A stretch of DNA of 64,000 bases from the NCBI GenBank assembly GCA_051532035.1, contig JAOPTW010000001.1, forward strand, positions 29,041-93,040, in the 5' to 3' direction. Of this stretch, positions 19,501 through 27,801 are shown piece by piece. This DNA is from Fibrobacterales bacterium (GTDB lineage: Bacteria > Fibrobacterota > Fibrobacteria > Fibrobacterales > JAOPTW01). How positions within the stretch are numbered: position 1 is the first letter of the stretch; each line of letters opens with the position of its first letter. The translations under genes and the position numbers were made by a program. The notes beneath the pieces are model-generated. The model saw only the letters and a list, made by a program, of their open reading frames with translations. It had not been told where the DNA came from and did not search any database.

Positions 19501-20117
19501 CCTTTATTTTTGGCGGAAAATCGGGGACTTTTACGAATTTTTATAAAAAAATCTATGACTTTATAGACATGAAGAATGACTACTGTGGTTTAAGGGAGTG
19601 GAAAGGAATCTCAATGCCCTTTTCAAGTAAAGCTCTTAAAGGTATTCATAAAGCATTTAAGATACAAGAAGCACTCTTTCACCCCAATGTTGATCGATTG
19701 AGACAATATCAATTGAAACAAAAGTTTATGGCAGTTAAAAGGGCAAACCTTGTAATGCGCTATGGTAATGAAGAGTACTCTGTTATGCGTGGCGAAGATC
19801 AAAAGGTATTTACTATGAAATGGCCTGACCAAAAACTTGAAGGCATTTCAGTTGAAGTAGAGACCGTTGACGATACTTACACAAAAAATTACAAAGGTGT
19901 ATGGGCTTTGATTTCTATGGTTAGAGATATTGGTGAGAAGCGAAATCAAAACAGTATAGAGATTAATTGGCCAATAAAAGCGAAGTCTTATTACATCAGT
20001 GTTGACGGAGAGATTCAGGTTGATCGCCGATTTAACCCACTCATTGTCAGAGATTTTTTCGTGTTACCAATAGAATACACATTGGTTGAAGAGGCGAATT
20101 TAGAAGAAAAAGAGTAA
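16521..20117 (+). CDS. tssM: T6SS membrane protein TssM (IcmF)
   Basis: 1198 aa; N-terminal TMs, Walker A GQKGSGKST, LPVYVALT, FRGLYFTG, YYRDYAYTW, FPF, GVWAL. Confidence 0.9.
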   Translation: MKAIKSLFFWICVGIIALAVGFYFTAPMMGLEDSLYNILISAAIAVLGLSISFIIKMKKHYNSIQKKKPQSNAAEWETSWQKPLADETKEILKRIQEVYKKTNVSIEKTKFFLVIGQKGSGKSTLIRESGHHMRYIFPTARDKQQRRKIFFNWSVSDNAVYIEAPADYLANGDKVAQELLFLLELLKDEPKKKTLDGIIVTEKVHDLADKDNAKARAQVNRKTVEGVMAQIQLELPVYVALTNLDTLPGAKLYCDAHEESFLNQSFGVSIKHSEAKDTRSVFDKRYGELLDGLYDNQMFSMYSQQKKGIAPVETYAFVRGLEERRATIGDYVEILCKKGLTKEISYFRGLYFTGVESVAKDQPQAAPAAPALDPFGGAAFFEDEGAVSAAAPEMSAIEEPEPVLGGLSYFAHAFLAWVEGEKELVRYPKYRQSSMSRSAALISFLLFLGAAGVAGYGVYGFTMSKVLLNRWEELVNDARRLKWSQPKTIIREFSKYDGLRLAIEDIEENRSLTIAPGFYPDGKILPKAEKKHIVLSHALTRNCLKTLEKDLNNKLTAGVRDSERTEVYNDFRLYASLTTAGKGHYDKMNVDSVGAGLARKWYKLLGITPYTASQHIKETLPLNARLYVQYLIDERVHKGSKLYVANPALVKKARRALAGESEVEAIYQAMLEAGNSAPALRLSDLGVEENSIIVNSGEIPAAYTKVMYDSVIKPFFTKTNSAQGDWVLGKDKETSTVSKDLEEKVMTKYYRDYAYTWRSFIKNIKTKRTPDLQRLSEKLIALASASQDETLLGLRAFIENVSRNTNLVVDLSGAKNLVNKVSGPNKKLNNKMKIVRRYQDDIPESMLSPQERLAKKFSGFSVLTGEIRGKKFDDYFEDLVKTSKFLIETTGNPDEAVTFLGELFKGDRKNPANHAYAAAQAYIDEVPARQQDLLKSTLLLIVREVVNSVVSYASIGLQEEYEKQVVTNYESYLQSSFPFDHEEREKMASLEDLTFIFGGKSGTFTNFYKKIYDFIDMKNDYCGLREWKGISMPFSSKALKGIHKAFKIQEALFHPNVDRLRQYQLKQKFMAVKRANLVMRYGNEEYSVMRGEDQKVFTMKWPDQKLEGISVEVETVDDTYTKNYKGVWALISMVRDIGEKRNQNSIEINWPIKAKSYYISVDGEIQVDRRFNPLIVRDFFVLPIEYTLVEEANLEEKE

Positions 20118-20119
20118 AA

Positions 20120-20135
20120 AGTGATGACCGTCACA
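20120..20135. promoter_or_regulatory. CRP/FNR-like site, copy 4
   Basis: AGTGA-tgaccg-TCACA between tssM and tssA. Confidence 0.55.
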
Positions 20136-20256
20136 CTCAAAGGTGTCGGAATGTAAATTAGAATTAACACTTTCATTTTTATCTTGATAGTTGTTATATT
20201 CTTTCATCATAAGCTGATATTATAAACATTAAGTAAAAAAAGATACGACGAAAATT

Positions 20257-21906
20257 ATGAGTGAAGCAGTAGCAGAAGAAGAAAAAACAGTCACTGAAGC
20301 AGTTTCAAAAGAAGCAGTTGAGGCGATAAATTCTGAAGATAATTCTGAGGCCGTTGTCGATGACACTGCTCTGACTGTTGAACTCTGTACACCAATTTCA
20401 GACAGTGAACCTTGTGGAGAAGATCCAAAGTATAATCATGAATTTGAGGTTATTAAAGGTGAGATTGCAAAACCTGGTGCTCGTGATTTTGAGGTAGTAG
20501 CTCAAAACTGTCATATTGTATTAACAAAACAAGCTAAAGATATTACCACCTTTTCATATTATATCTTAGCATCGGCAATGGATAATGGCATCGAAGATTT
20601 TTGTTCTGTCATAATCGCTTTCTCACGACAGTTAAGTGAACATTGGGAAACAATACATCCTACCCGTGAACGTGCGCGTATGAATTCGATCTCATGGCTT
20701 AATGAAGAACGTACTCTTGGCATGCTTGAAAAGGTTGAGGTTTCAGAAGCGAATCACTCTCTACTCCTTTCTGCAAAAGATGCATTAGAGAGTATTAAAA
20801 CCCTCACATTCGAAAAATTCCCTGACTCACCACCATCTATTAAAGGGTTGGTACAGCGGGTAGAAAAATGGGTTAAGTCGACAAAACCACAAGAGATAAA
20901 AGCTGATGCTCCTGCACCTACAGCAACAACCTCTTCAGCAGCAGCTCCTTCAAGTCAGGGAAGTACTCCTATGGCTGATATGGGGAGTAAGACAGATGCT
21001 CAGAAAAATCTTCAAAAAATAGCCATTTTCCTTTCAGCTCAAGAAAATTCAAATCCTTTGGGGTACAAACTGCTCCGTATGGTTAAATGGCAAGAATTAC
21101 AATCTGAGCCTAAAGCAGAAGCAGGTAAAACGCTTTTTGCCCCTCCTATTGCACAGCGTGTAAGTTTTTATCAAAACTTAGTACAGCAGCAAAATTGGGA
21201 TGGAGTTATAGAAAAGTCTGAAACAGTTTTTACTGAACCGGGACTTCACTTTTGGTTTGATTTACAGCACTATGTTTGTCAGGCTCTCACAGCAAAAGGT
21301 GGAACCTATGCTCAGTGTGCTACGGCAATAAAAACAGAACTTGTTGGGCTTCTCAGTAGAGTTCCGACGCTTAAAGATTTAAAGTATAAAGATGACACCC
21401 CGTTTGCGAGTAGCCAAACAAAAGAATGGCTTGATGAAATCGCATCCGAAGTGGGAGGAGGGAGTTCTACTCCTTCTCAAGTATCGACTAAAAAATCTGC
21501 AGACCTCGAAACAGATATGGTAACAGCAGAAGAGATGCTTGGAAAAGGGAAATTTGAAGATGCACTCTTTTTAATTCAGTCAGGTTGTGCCTATGGAAGT
21601 TTAAAAGAAGTGTGCGAAAGAAAAACAGTTATGGCACGTATGTGCTATCAGAATAACCAGCATTTTATTGCTGACAGTTTATTGAGTGAACTTGATGAAG
21701 AAATTCAGAAAAGATCGCTCGTAGAGTGGGACTCTGACTTCTGTATAGAAGTTTGGACCCAGCATATCAAAGTACTCTCTACAATTACCGAGATGAGTAC
21801 CGTTGATGTTGCAGATAAAGAGGCTATTAAGATTCGTTTACGTAATACCTATAAACGTTTAAGTAATGTAAACCCCCTTTCGGCAACGAAACTTAATTTT
21901 GTGTGA
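20257..21906 (+). CDS. tssA: T6SS TssA (ImpA_N + VasJ-type domain, long form)
   Basis: PISDSEPCGEDPKY..EF, AKD, WETIHP; HFWFDLQ, LKYKDDTPFAS. Confidence 0.92.
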   Translation: MSEAVAEEEKTVTEAVSKEAVEAINSEDNSEAVVDDTALTVELCTPISDSEPCGEDPKYNHEFEVIKGEIAKPGARDFEVVAQNCHIVLTKQAKDITTFSYYILASAMDNGIEDFCSVIIAFSRQLSEHWETIHPTRERARMNSISWLNEERTLGMLEKVEVSEANHSLLLSAKDALESIKTLTFEKFPDSPPSIKGLVQRVEKWVKSTKPQEIKADAPAPTATTSSAAAPSSQGSTPMADMGSKTDAQKNLQKIAIFLSAQENSNPLGYKLLRMVKWQELQSEPKAEAGKTLFAPPIAQRVSFYQNLVQQQNWDGVIEKSETVFTEPGLHFWFDLQHYVCQALTAKGGTYAQCATAIKTELVGLLSRVPTLKDLKYKDDTPFASSQTKEWLDEIASEVGGGSSTPSQVSTKKSADLETDMVTAEEMLGKGKFEDALFLIQSGCAYGSLKEVCERKTVMARMCYQNNQHFIADSLLSELDEEIQKRSLVEWDSDFCIEVWTQHIKVLSTITEMSTVDVADKEAIKIRLRNTYKRLSNVNPLSATKLNFV

Positions 21907-21939
21907 ATTTAGAACATAAACTAAAAAGGAGAGAGCGCT

Positions 21940-22464
21940 ATGGCAGGCTCAAGTTATCAAAATGAAATACCACCGGCTCGCGTCAATATTCAATTGAGCG
22001 TCGATAAAGGTGATGGTCAAAAAAAGATGGAACTTCCACTAAAAATGCTAATTCTTGGTGATTTCACTGGTAAAAAGGACTCTACACGAGTTACTGACCG
22101 TGAAAAAATCAATATTAACAAAAATAATTTTAATCAAGTAATGGAATCACTCGACCTCAAAGTGAGTACTGTTGTTGAAAATAAATTAAGTAAAGATGGC
22201 GGAGATATTAAAGTAAACCTCGATATTAAAAGCATGAAAGATTTTACTCCTGCTGAGGTTGCTCGTCAGGTGCCAGAAGTTTCAAAACTAATGGCTGCAC
22301 GAAATCTTATCAGAGATCTTGGGTCGAATTTACTTGATAATCGTGAATTCCGTAAAAGAATGGAAGCGATTGTTAAAGATAAAACTGCAATGGAGAGTCT
22401 CTTAGCTGAACTCGACAAAGTACAACCACTTAAAGAAGATGCACCAGCTGCAGAAGCTGAATAG
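21940..22464 (+). CDS. tssB: T6SS sheath small subunit TssB (VipA)
   Basis: PPARVNI, ELPLKMLILGDFTG, MKDFTPAEVARQVPE. Confidence 0.96.
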   Translation: MAGSSYQNEIPPARVNIQLSVDKGDGQKKMELPLKMLILGDFTGKKDSTRVTDREKININKNNFNQVMESLDLKVSTVVENKLSKDGGDIKVNLDIKSMKDFTPAEVARQVPEVSKLMAARNLIRDLGSNLLDNREFRKRMEAIVKDKTAMESLLAELDKVQPLKEDAPAAEAE

Positions 22465-22475
22465 AGGAGAGTATA

Positions 22476-23957
22476 ATGGCTGAACAAGGCTTAGAATATA
22501 TTTATGAGTCAATGAATCTTGATCTTCCGGAACAAGAAGTTGACCTCAATAATTACAAAGAATCAGAAGCTCTTTTTGATCAATCAGCAAATGAGCGCCT
22601 CGGAGCAGCACTTCGTATATTTATCGAAAGTGTTTCTGAATCTGCTACATCAATTGATAAAATTGATAAAGCAATGATCGATGCGCAAGTTGCATATATT
22701 GATGAAAAAATTTCTGCACAACTTGACGAAATTTTTCACAATGAAACATTTCAAAAACTTGAGTCTTCTTGGAGAGGATTAAAGTTTCTTGTTGATCGCA
22801 CAAACTTTAAAAAGAATATCAAAATCGAAGTACTCAACGCTTCTAAAGAAGATATGGTAGAAGATTTTGAAGATTCACCAGAAATTATTCAATCTGCACT
22901 CTACAAACATGTGTACACAGACGAATACGACACCCCAGGTGGAGAACCTCTTGGTGCAATCGTTTCTAACTATGAATTTGGTTCTACTCCAATGGATATT
23001 AACCTTCTTCAAAACCTTTCAAGCGTCTCTGCTGCAGCTCACTGTCCATTTGTTGGTGCTGTTGGCCAAAAATTCTTTGGTAAAGATGATATTAATGAAT
23101 TACCACAAATTGAAGACCTTGAAAACTATATGGATCGTGCAGAGTATACAAAATGGCGTTCATTCCGTGAATCAGAAGATTCTCGTTATGTAGGTCTTGT
23201 ACTTCCACGTTTCCTCCTTCGTCACCCGTATGATCCTGAAGCGAACCCGGTTCGTGAGTTTAACTATCAGGAAAAAGTTACCGGCGATGATCATGAAAAA
23301 TATCTCTGGGGTAATGCATCATTCTCATTTGCAGCAAATATGACTCGTTCATTTGCTGACAACGGATGGTGTGTTCAAATCAGAGGACCACAAGCTGGTG
23401 GTAAAGTTGAAGACCTTCCAATACATCTCTATGATGTAGGTAAAGGTAATCAAATGAAAATCCCAACAGAGATTCTTATTCCTGAAACAAGAGAATTTGA
23501 ATTTGCTAATCAAGGATTTATTCCACTCAGTTTTTATAAAAATTCTGATTATGCATGTTTCTTCTCTGCGAATTCTACTCAAAAACCAGAAGAGTACGAT
23601 TCACCAGAAGCAACTGCAAATTGCAGAATCAATGCACGTCTTCCATACATATTCTTGACATCACGTCTAGCACACTACCTCAAAGTGCTTCAACGTGAAA
23701 ACATTGGTGCAACAAAAAGTGCTACAGTGTTACAACAAGAGTTGAATACTTGGTTATCTGGTCTTGTAACAGAGATGCAGAATCCAAGTCCGGAACTTGC
23801 AGCGACACACCCACTCAGTTATGGAGAGGTAACTGTTGAAGAAAATGAGGATAATCCAGGATTCTTCAAAGTAGGAATGTCGGTTATACCACACTTTCAA
23901 GTAGAAGGTATTAATGTAAACCTCTCATTGGTATCTAAAATGCCGCAAGGCAAATAA
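22476..23957 (+). CDS. tssC: T6SS sheath large subunit TssC (VipB)
   Basis: FQKLESSWRGLKFLV, EYDTPGGEP, IRGPQAGGKVEDLP, RLAHYLKVLQRENIG. Confidence 0.97.
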   Translation: MAEQGLEYIYESMNLDLPEQEVDLNNYKESEALFDQSANERLGAALRIFIESVSESATSIDKIDKAMIDAQVAYIDEKISAQLDEIFHNETFQKLESSWRGLKFLVDRTNFKKNIKIEVLNASKEDMVEDFEDSPEIIQSALYKHVYTDEYDTPGGEPLGAIVSNYEFGSTPMDINLLQNLSSVSAAAHCPFVGAVGQKFFGKDDINELPQIEDLENYMDRAEYTKWRSFRESEDSRYVGLVLPRFLLRHPYDPEANPVREFNYQEKVTGDDHEKYLWGNASFSFAANMTRSFADNGWCVQIRGPQAGGKVEDLPIHLYDVGKGNQMKIPTEILIPETREFEFANQGFIPLSFYKNSDYACFFSANSTQKPEEYDSPEATANCRINARLPYIFLTSRLAHYLKVLQRENIGATKSATVLQQELNTWLSGLVTEMQNPSPELAATHPLSYGEVTVEENEDNPGFFKVGMSVIPHFQVEGINVNLSLVSKMPQGK

Positions 23958-24019
23958 AATTAAACTTAAACTTAACCACTAAACACTAACTAAACAAATA
24001 ATTAAAAAAGGATATAAAA

Positions 24020-24487
24020 ATGGCAATTCCAGCATATATGACAATCGATGGCATCCCAGGATCAGTAGCAGTAGCAGGTCGTGAAGACACTGTAGAAGTG
24101 CTCCAGTTTGATCACCAAGTATACATCCCAGTAGACCGTGATAACGGTAGCCTTACTGGTACACGTAAACATGGTGCTCTTGTTATCCATAAAGCATTCG
24201 ATAAATCATCTTCAATTCTTTATCAACGTGTTTGTACTGGTGAAACAATTGCAAACATCAAAATCACATGGTATGAAATCACTGATCAAGGTGAAGAAAA
24301 AGCATACTATGAACACATTCTTGAAAACTGTAAAATTTCTTCAGTTCAGTCTTACATGCACAATGTTAAAGACAAAAGCAAAGAGCAATTTGTTCATCAA
24401 GAAGAAGTAACAATCCGTTATGAAAAAATCACTTGGAACTTCCTTGATGGTAACTTGCAGCACACTGACCAGTGGAATGCACGTTAA
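24020..24487 (+). CDS. hcp: T6SS tube protein Hcp (TssD)
   Basis: MAIPAYM, GSLTGTRKH, FDKSS, YEKITW. Confidence 0.96.
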   Translation: MAIPAYMTIDGIPGSVAVAGREDTVEVLQFDHQVYIPVDRDNGSLTGTRKHGALVIHKAFDKSSSILYQRVCTGETIANIKITWYEITDQGEEKAYYEHILENCKISSVQSYMHNVKDKSKEQFVHQEEVTIRYEKITWNFLDGNLQHTDQWNAR

Positions 24488-24538
24488 TAACGGCTCATGT
24501 TTTGAATGACCTCTTTTGAGGTCTTTCATCTACATTGA

Positions 24539-24590
24539 GGCCTGTCGTGTGGGTCAATTATTGGCTATTATACTCGGCAGGCCCTTTTTT
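24539..24590 (+). terminator. Internal terminator/stem-loop after hcp
   Basis: GGCCTGTCG...CGGCAGGCC stem followed by TTTTTT; a second hairpin GACCTC-tttt-GAGGTC lies just upstream. Confidence 0.65.
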
Positions 24591-24607
24591 AATGTGTACA
24601 GAGAACT

Positions 24608-25048
24608 ATGGTTGGATCACGTAAAATAGAAGAGAGTCTCTTCGAAAAAATATCACAGCATTATGCTGATGGAACTCCACTCAGTGCAGTACCTCAGGAA
24701 GCACGACTCGTAAAAAGTATTAGTGACCATGTGACGCGTTTACTGAACACTCGTAAAGGAACTGTTCCTCACATGCCGGATTATGGACTCACTGATGTAA
24801 GTGAAATATATTCCAATTTACCGGGAAGTATTGAACAACTTCAACGAGAAATGACAACATTAATTAAAAAGTATGAACCAAGACTCGAAAAAATTAGAGT
24901 CGAAGTACTTCCTTTTGACCCATTCAGTTTTAAAATTGATTTTAATATACATGGAGTTATTAAGGGGGGACAACGGGTATTTTTAACAACAGCTTTTAGC
25001 GCCAATGGACAAGTTTCAGTAGAGTCTAAGAGAAAGAACTATGGCTGA
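24608..25048 (+). CDS. tssE: T6SS baseplate subunit TssE (gp25-like)
   Basis: RLLNTRKG...PDYGL.D, IKKYEPRL. Confidence 0.93.
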   Translation: MVGSRKIEESLFEKISQHYADGTPLSAVPQEARLVKSISDHVTRLLNTRKGTVPHMPDYGLTDVSEIYSNLPGSIEQLQREMTTLIKKYEPRLEKIRVEVLPFDPFSFKIDFNIHGVIKGGQRVFLTTAFSANGQVSVESKRKNYG

Positions 25049-26813
25049 TTTTTTACATTATTATCAGGAAGAACTTCGCTATCTCAGTGACTCAGGAAAA
25101 GAGTTTGCTGATCGATATCCCGATGTAGCTCATTACCTGAATATGTCTGCCAATGAAGATCGTGACCCATATGTGGAACGACTTTTTCAAGGGTTTGCTT
25201 TTTTAGGTTCTCGAATACAAGAGAAGCTGCATGATGACTTCCCTGAAATAACCCACAACGTAATGGAGATGGTTGCTCCTGATTATTTACGTTCATTCCC
25301 ATCTCTTGCATTGGTGGAGTTTAACTCTCCACGAGGTATGCTTCCTCAGAGTACTTCAATATCAAAAGGGACAGAGATACTTTCAAATCCCAAGCCAGGG
25401 GTACCAAAGCCATGTAAGTTTCGGACAACACAAGACGTTGAGATACACCCTTTGCAACTCAAACAAACGGCTGTAGAACATTCTGCACTCCATGGGTCAG
25501 AGATTAAAATTTTATTTGAAATAGAAGAAACCGTCGAACCAGCAGATTTACTTATAGAGTATCTCGATCTACACCTTTCTGGTGACGCCGAAATAGCTTG
25601 GACCCTTCACTATTTTTTAACTCATGCCATTACAGAGGTGATATACAATGGTGAAGGAGAAACGGAAACGTTTACACAGAACTGTACTGTAGTTCCTTCT
25701 TTGAATGAAGCAACTAAAATATTACCTGAAACGTCATCAATTTTCTCTAATACTCACTTGCTCCGAGAATATTTTTGCGCGATTGAAAAATTCCGATTTG
25801 TACGAGTGAATAATCTTGATTGCATTAAACGATTAAATAGTGCGCGATCATTTACTTTGACTTTTAGGTTTTCAGAACGTCTCCCAGACTCGATAGTACG
25901 TAAAATAAGTAATGAACATTTTAAACTTTACTGCACTCCGGTGGTTAATGTTTTTGAGCATGATGTAGATCCAATTACGATAAATAATAAACACTTCGAA
26001 TATATCATTTATCCTGATAATAATAATGATAAAGAAGTCTATAGTATTATAGATGTCGCAGGTAGAGGTAAGGCAGCTCATGAGGTTTCTAGGGCCTATG
26101 AAGCATACCATAATTTTAGACAGGTGAGTGCATCTAAAGGAACTGCTGCACAAGGATTTACTTTTGCAATAAAGCAGGAAGAGAAGCGCGGTGGAGGGAA
26201 AAACAGTCTCATTACTATTGAACGTCATGGTGGCATTCGCCATTATAAAGATGAGTTTCTCTCTATTAAAGCGTACTGTACTAATGGACTGTTACCGAGA
26301 GAAAAACTGATGCAGAAGGATATATGCAATCCAGTACCCGGCTTTCCTGACTATTTAAAATTTTCAAATTTTACAAGACCTACTCCAGTGATTCCTTCTG
26401 TTCAAGAGAAACACTATTATTGGAAAGTACTTAACCAGTTTAATATGAATATTAAAACACTCTGTAACGTTGATACATTTAAAGAGGTTTTGGATTTATA
26501 TGCTTGGGGAGTTACAGAAGCACAGAGAAAATGCATTGATACTATTGAGGCTGTAGATTGTAGTCAAGATGCATTTTTTGACAATGGTCATTTTGTTCGC
26601 GGGACTAAAGTTTCGCTCTCATTATTTGATTCACAATGTCAACGCACATCGTATGAAATGTTAGCACAGTATCGTTTACTTGGTGAAGTACTTAACCTAT
26701 TTATTAAAAACTTTGTTTCAGCAAGTTACTTTGTCTCGTTGTCTGTTATAGTAAAACCAGCAATGATTACATTTGAGTGGCAACCCGGGAGGGCTCTATG
26801 TCACACAATTTAG
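25041..26813 (+). CDS. tssF: T6SS baseplate subunit TssF
   Basis: YYQEELRYL, DPYVERLFQGFAFL, LLREYF, KLYCTPVVNVF, CTNG. Confidence 0.95.
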   Translation: MADFLHYYQEELRYLSDSGKEFADRYPDVAHYLNMSANEDRDPYVERLFQGFAFLGSRIQEKLHDDFPEITHNVMEMVAPDYLRSFPSLALVEFNSPRGMLPQSTSISKGTEILSNPKPGVPKPCKFRTTQDVEIHPLQLKQTAVEHSALHGSEIKILFEIEETVEPADLLIEYLDLHLSGDAEIAWTLHYFLTHAITEVIYNGEGETETFTQNCTVVPSLNEATKILPETSSIFSNTHLLREYFCAIEKFRFVRVNNLDCIKRLNSARSFTLTFRFSERLPDSIVRKISNEHFKLYCTPVVNVFEHDVDPITINNKHFEYIIYPDNNNDKEVYSIIDVAGRGKAAHEVSRAYEAYHNFRQVSASKGTAAQGFTFAIKQEEKRGGGKNSLITIERHGGIRHYKDEFLSIKAYCTNGLLPREKLMQKDICNPVPGFPDYLKFSNFTRPTPVIPSVQEKHYYWKVLNQFNMNIKTLCNVDTFKEVLDLYAWGVTEAQRKCIDTIEAVDCSQDAFFDNGHFVRGTKVSLSLFDSQCQRTSYEMLAQYRLLGEVLNLFIKNFVSASYFVSLSVIVKPAMITFEWQPGRALCHTI

Positions 26814-27793
26814 AAGAACAGCTTATTTCTGAATCATACGACTATAACTTTTTTCAGTCAGTCCATCTTATTGAAAGCTATTTAGTGAAGCAAGGATCTT
26901 CAAATAGTTTTCGTTCTAGTATGAGAAATAGGGAGCTGATACAATTCAAAACTGATAACTCCATTTCTTTTCCTGGTAACGATGTTGTGAGTGTTGAAAA
27001 GGACCCAAAGAGTGGAGGGTATACTCTGTCTCTCTCATTTATGGGGCTCTATGGAGTGTCTTCACCGCTTCCATCATATTTTACTGAACCGCTTAATAGA
27101 GGTCGTGAAGAATTTGCACCTTTGAGAAAATTTCTTGATATCTTTTCTCATCGTGTTTACTCGCTTTTTTATCAGTCATGGAAAAAATACAGGTATCAGA
27201 TACAGTATAACCCTAAACGTCCTGATGATTATTCAAAGGCGTTGTATACTCTTATCGGCCGTACCGCTCAAACAACTCATGCACCAGAAAGTCCAGCGTA
27301 TCGAAAAGAGATGGCTCGACTTTCTCTTTCTAAACAGGTCTTTCAAAGGGTACGTTCTTCGGCAAACCTAAAAAGAACGCTCCAACACTATTTTGCATTT
27401 CCTAAAGTCGCAGTTAGACAATTTGCACCAAAAGAGATTAATAATCCAGCCCCATGTACCATTGGACATTCGCGAGCGATACTGGGTGGCTCAGTATTAG
27501 GAAGTAAAATAATAGACCGGACAGGGGCCTTTCAGGTTGATATTGGTCCTTTGTCTCATACACAATTCCAACGTTTTCTCCCGGATTCAACAGGTGAACT
27601 TGGAGTACTTCGTGGTGAAGTTAAAAAGCTCGTTGAAGATTTTTTAGATGCACCATTAGAATATGGAATAACAGTCGCTTTGGACCATACTGATACAGAA
27701 TGTATGAAAGAAGAGACAACACTTGGTAGTGGAGCCTTGGGTTGGAACACCTGGCTTGGCTTACCTAATGAAGAAATTACACTTAACCTTTAG
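26798..27793 (+). CDS. tssG: T6SS baseplate subunit TssG
   Basis: YNFFQSV, FMGLYGVSSPLPSYF, FLDIFSHR...W.KY, LGWNTWLG. ATG 26798 follows GGGAGG (the ORF track starts at 26777). Confidence 0.93.
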   Translation: MSHNLEEQLISESYDYNFFQSVHLIESYLVKQGSSNSFRSSMRNRELIQFKTDNSISFPGNDVVSVEKDPKSGGYTLSLSFMGLYGVSSPLPSYFTEPLNRGREEFAPLRKFLDIFSHRVYSLFYQSWKKYRYQIQYNPKRPDDYSKALYTLIGRTAQTTHAPESPAYRKEMARLSLSKQVFQRVRSSANLKRTLQHYFAFPKVAVRQFAPKEINNPAPCTIGHSRAILGGSVLGSKIIDRTGAFQVDIGPLSHTQFQRFLPDSTGELGVLRGEVKKLVEDFLDAPLEYGITVALDHTDTECMKEETTLGSGALGWNTWLGLPNEEITLNL

Positions 27794-27801
27794 AGGAACC
27801 T

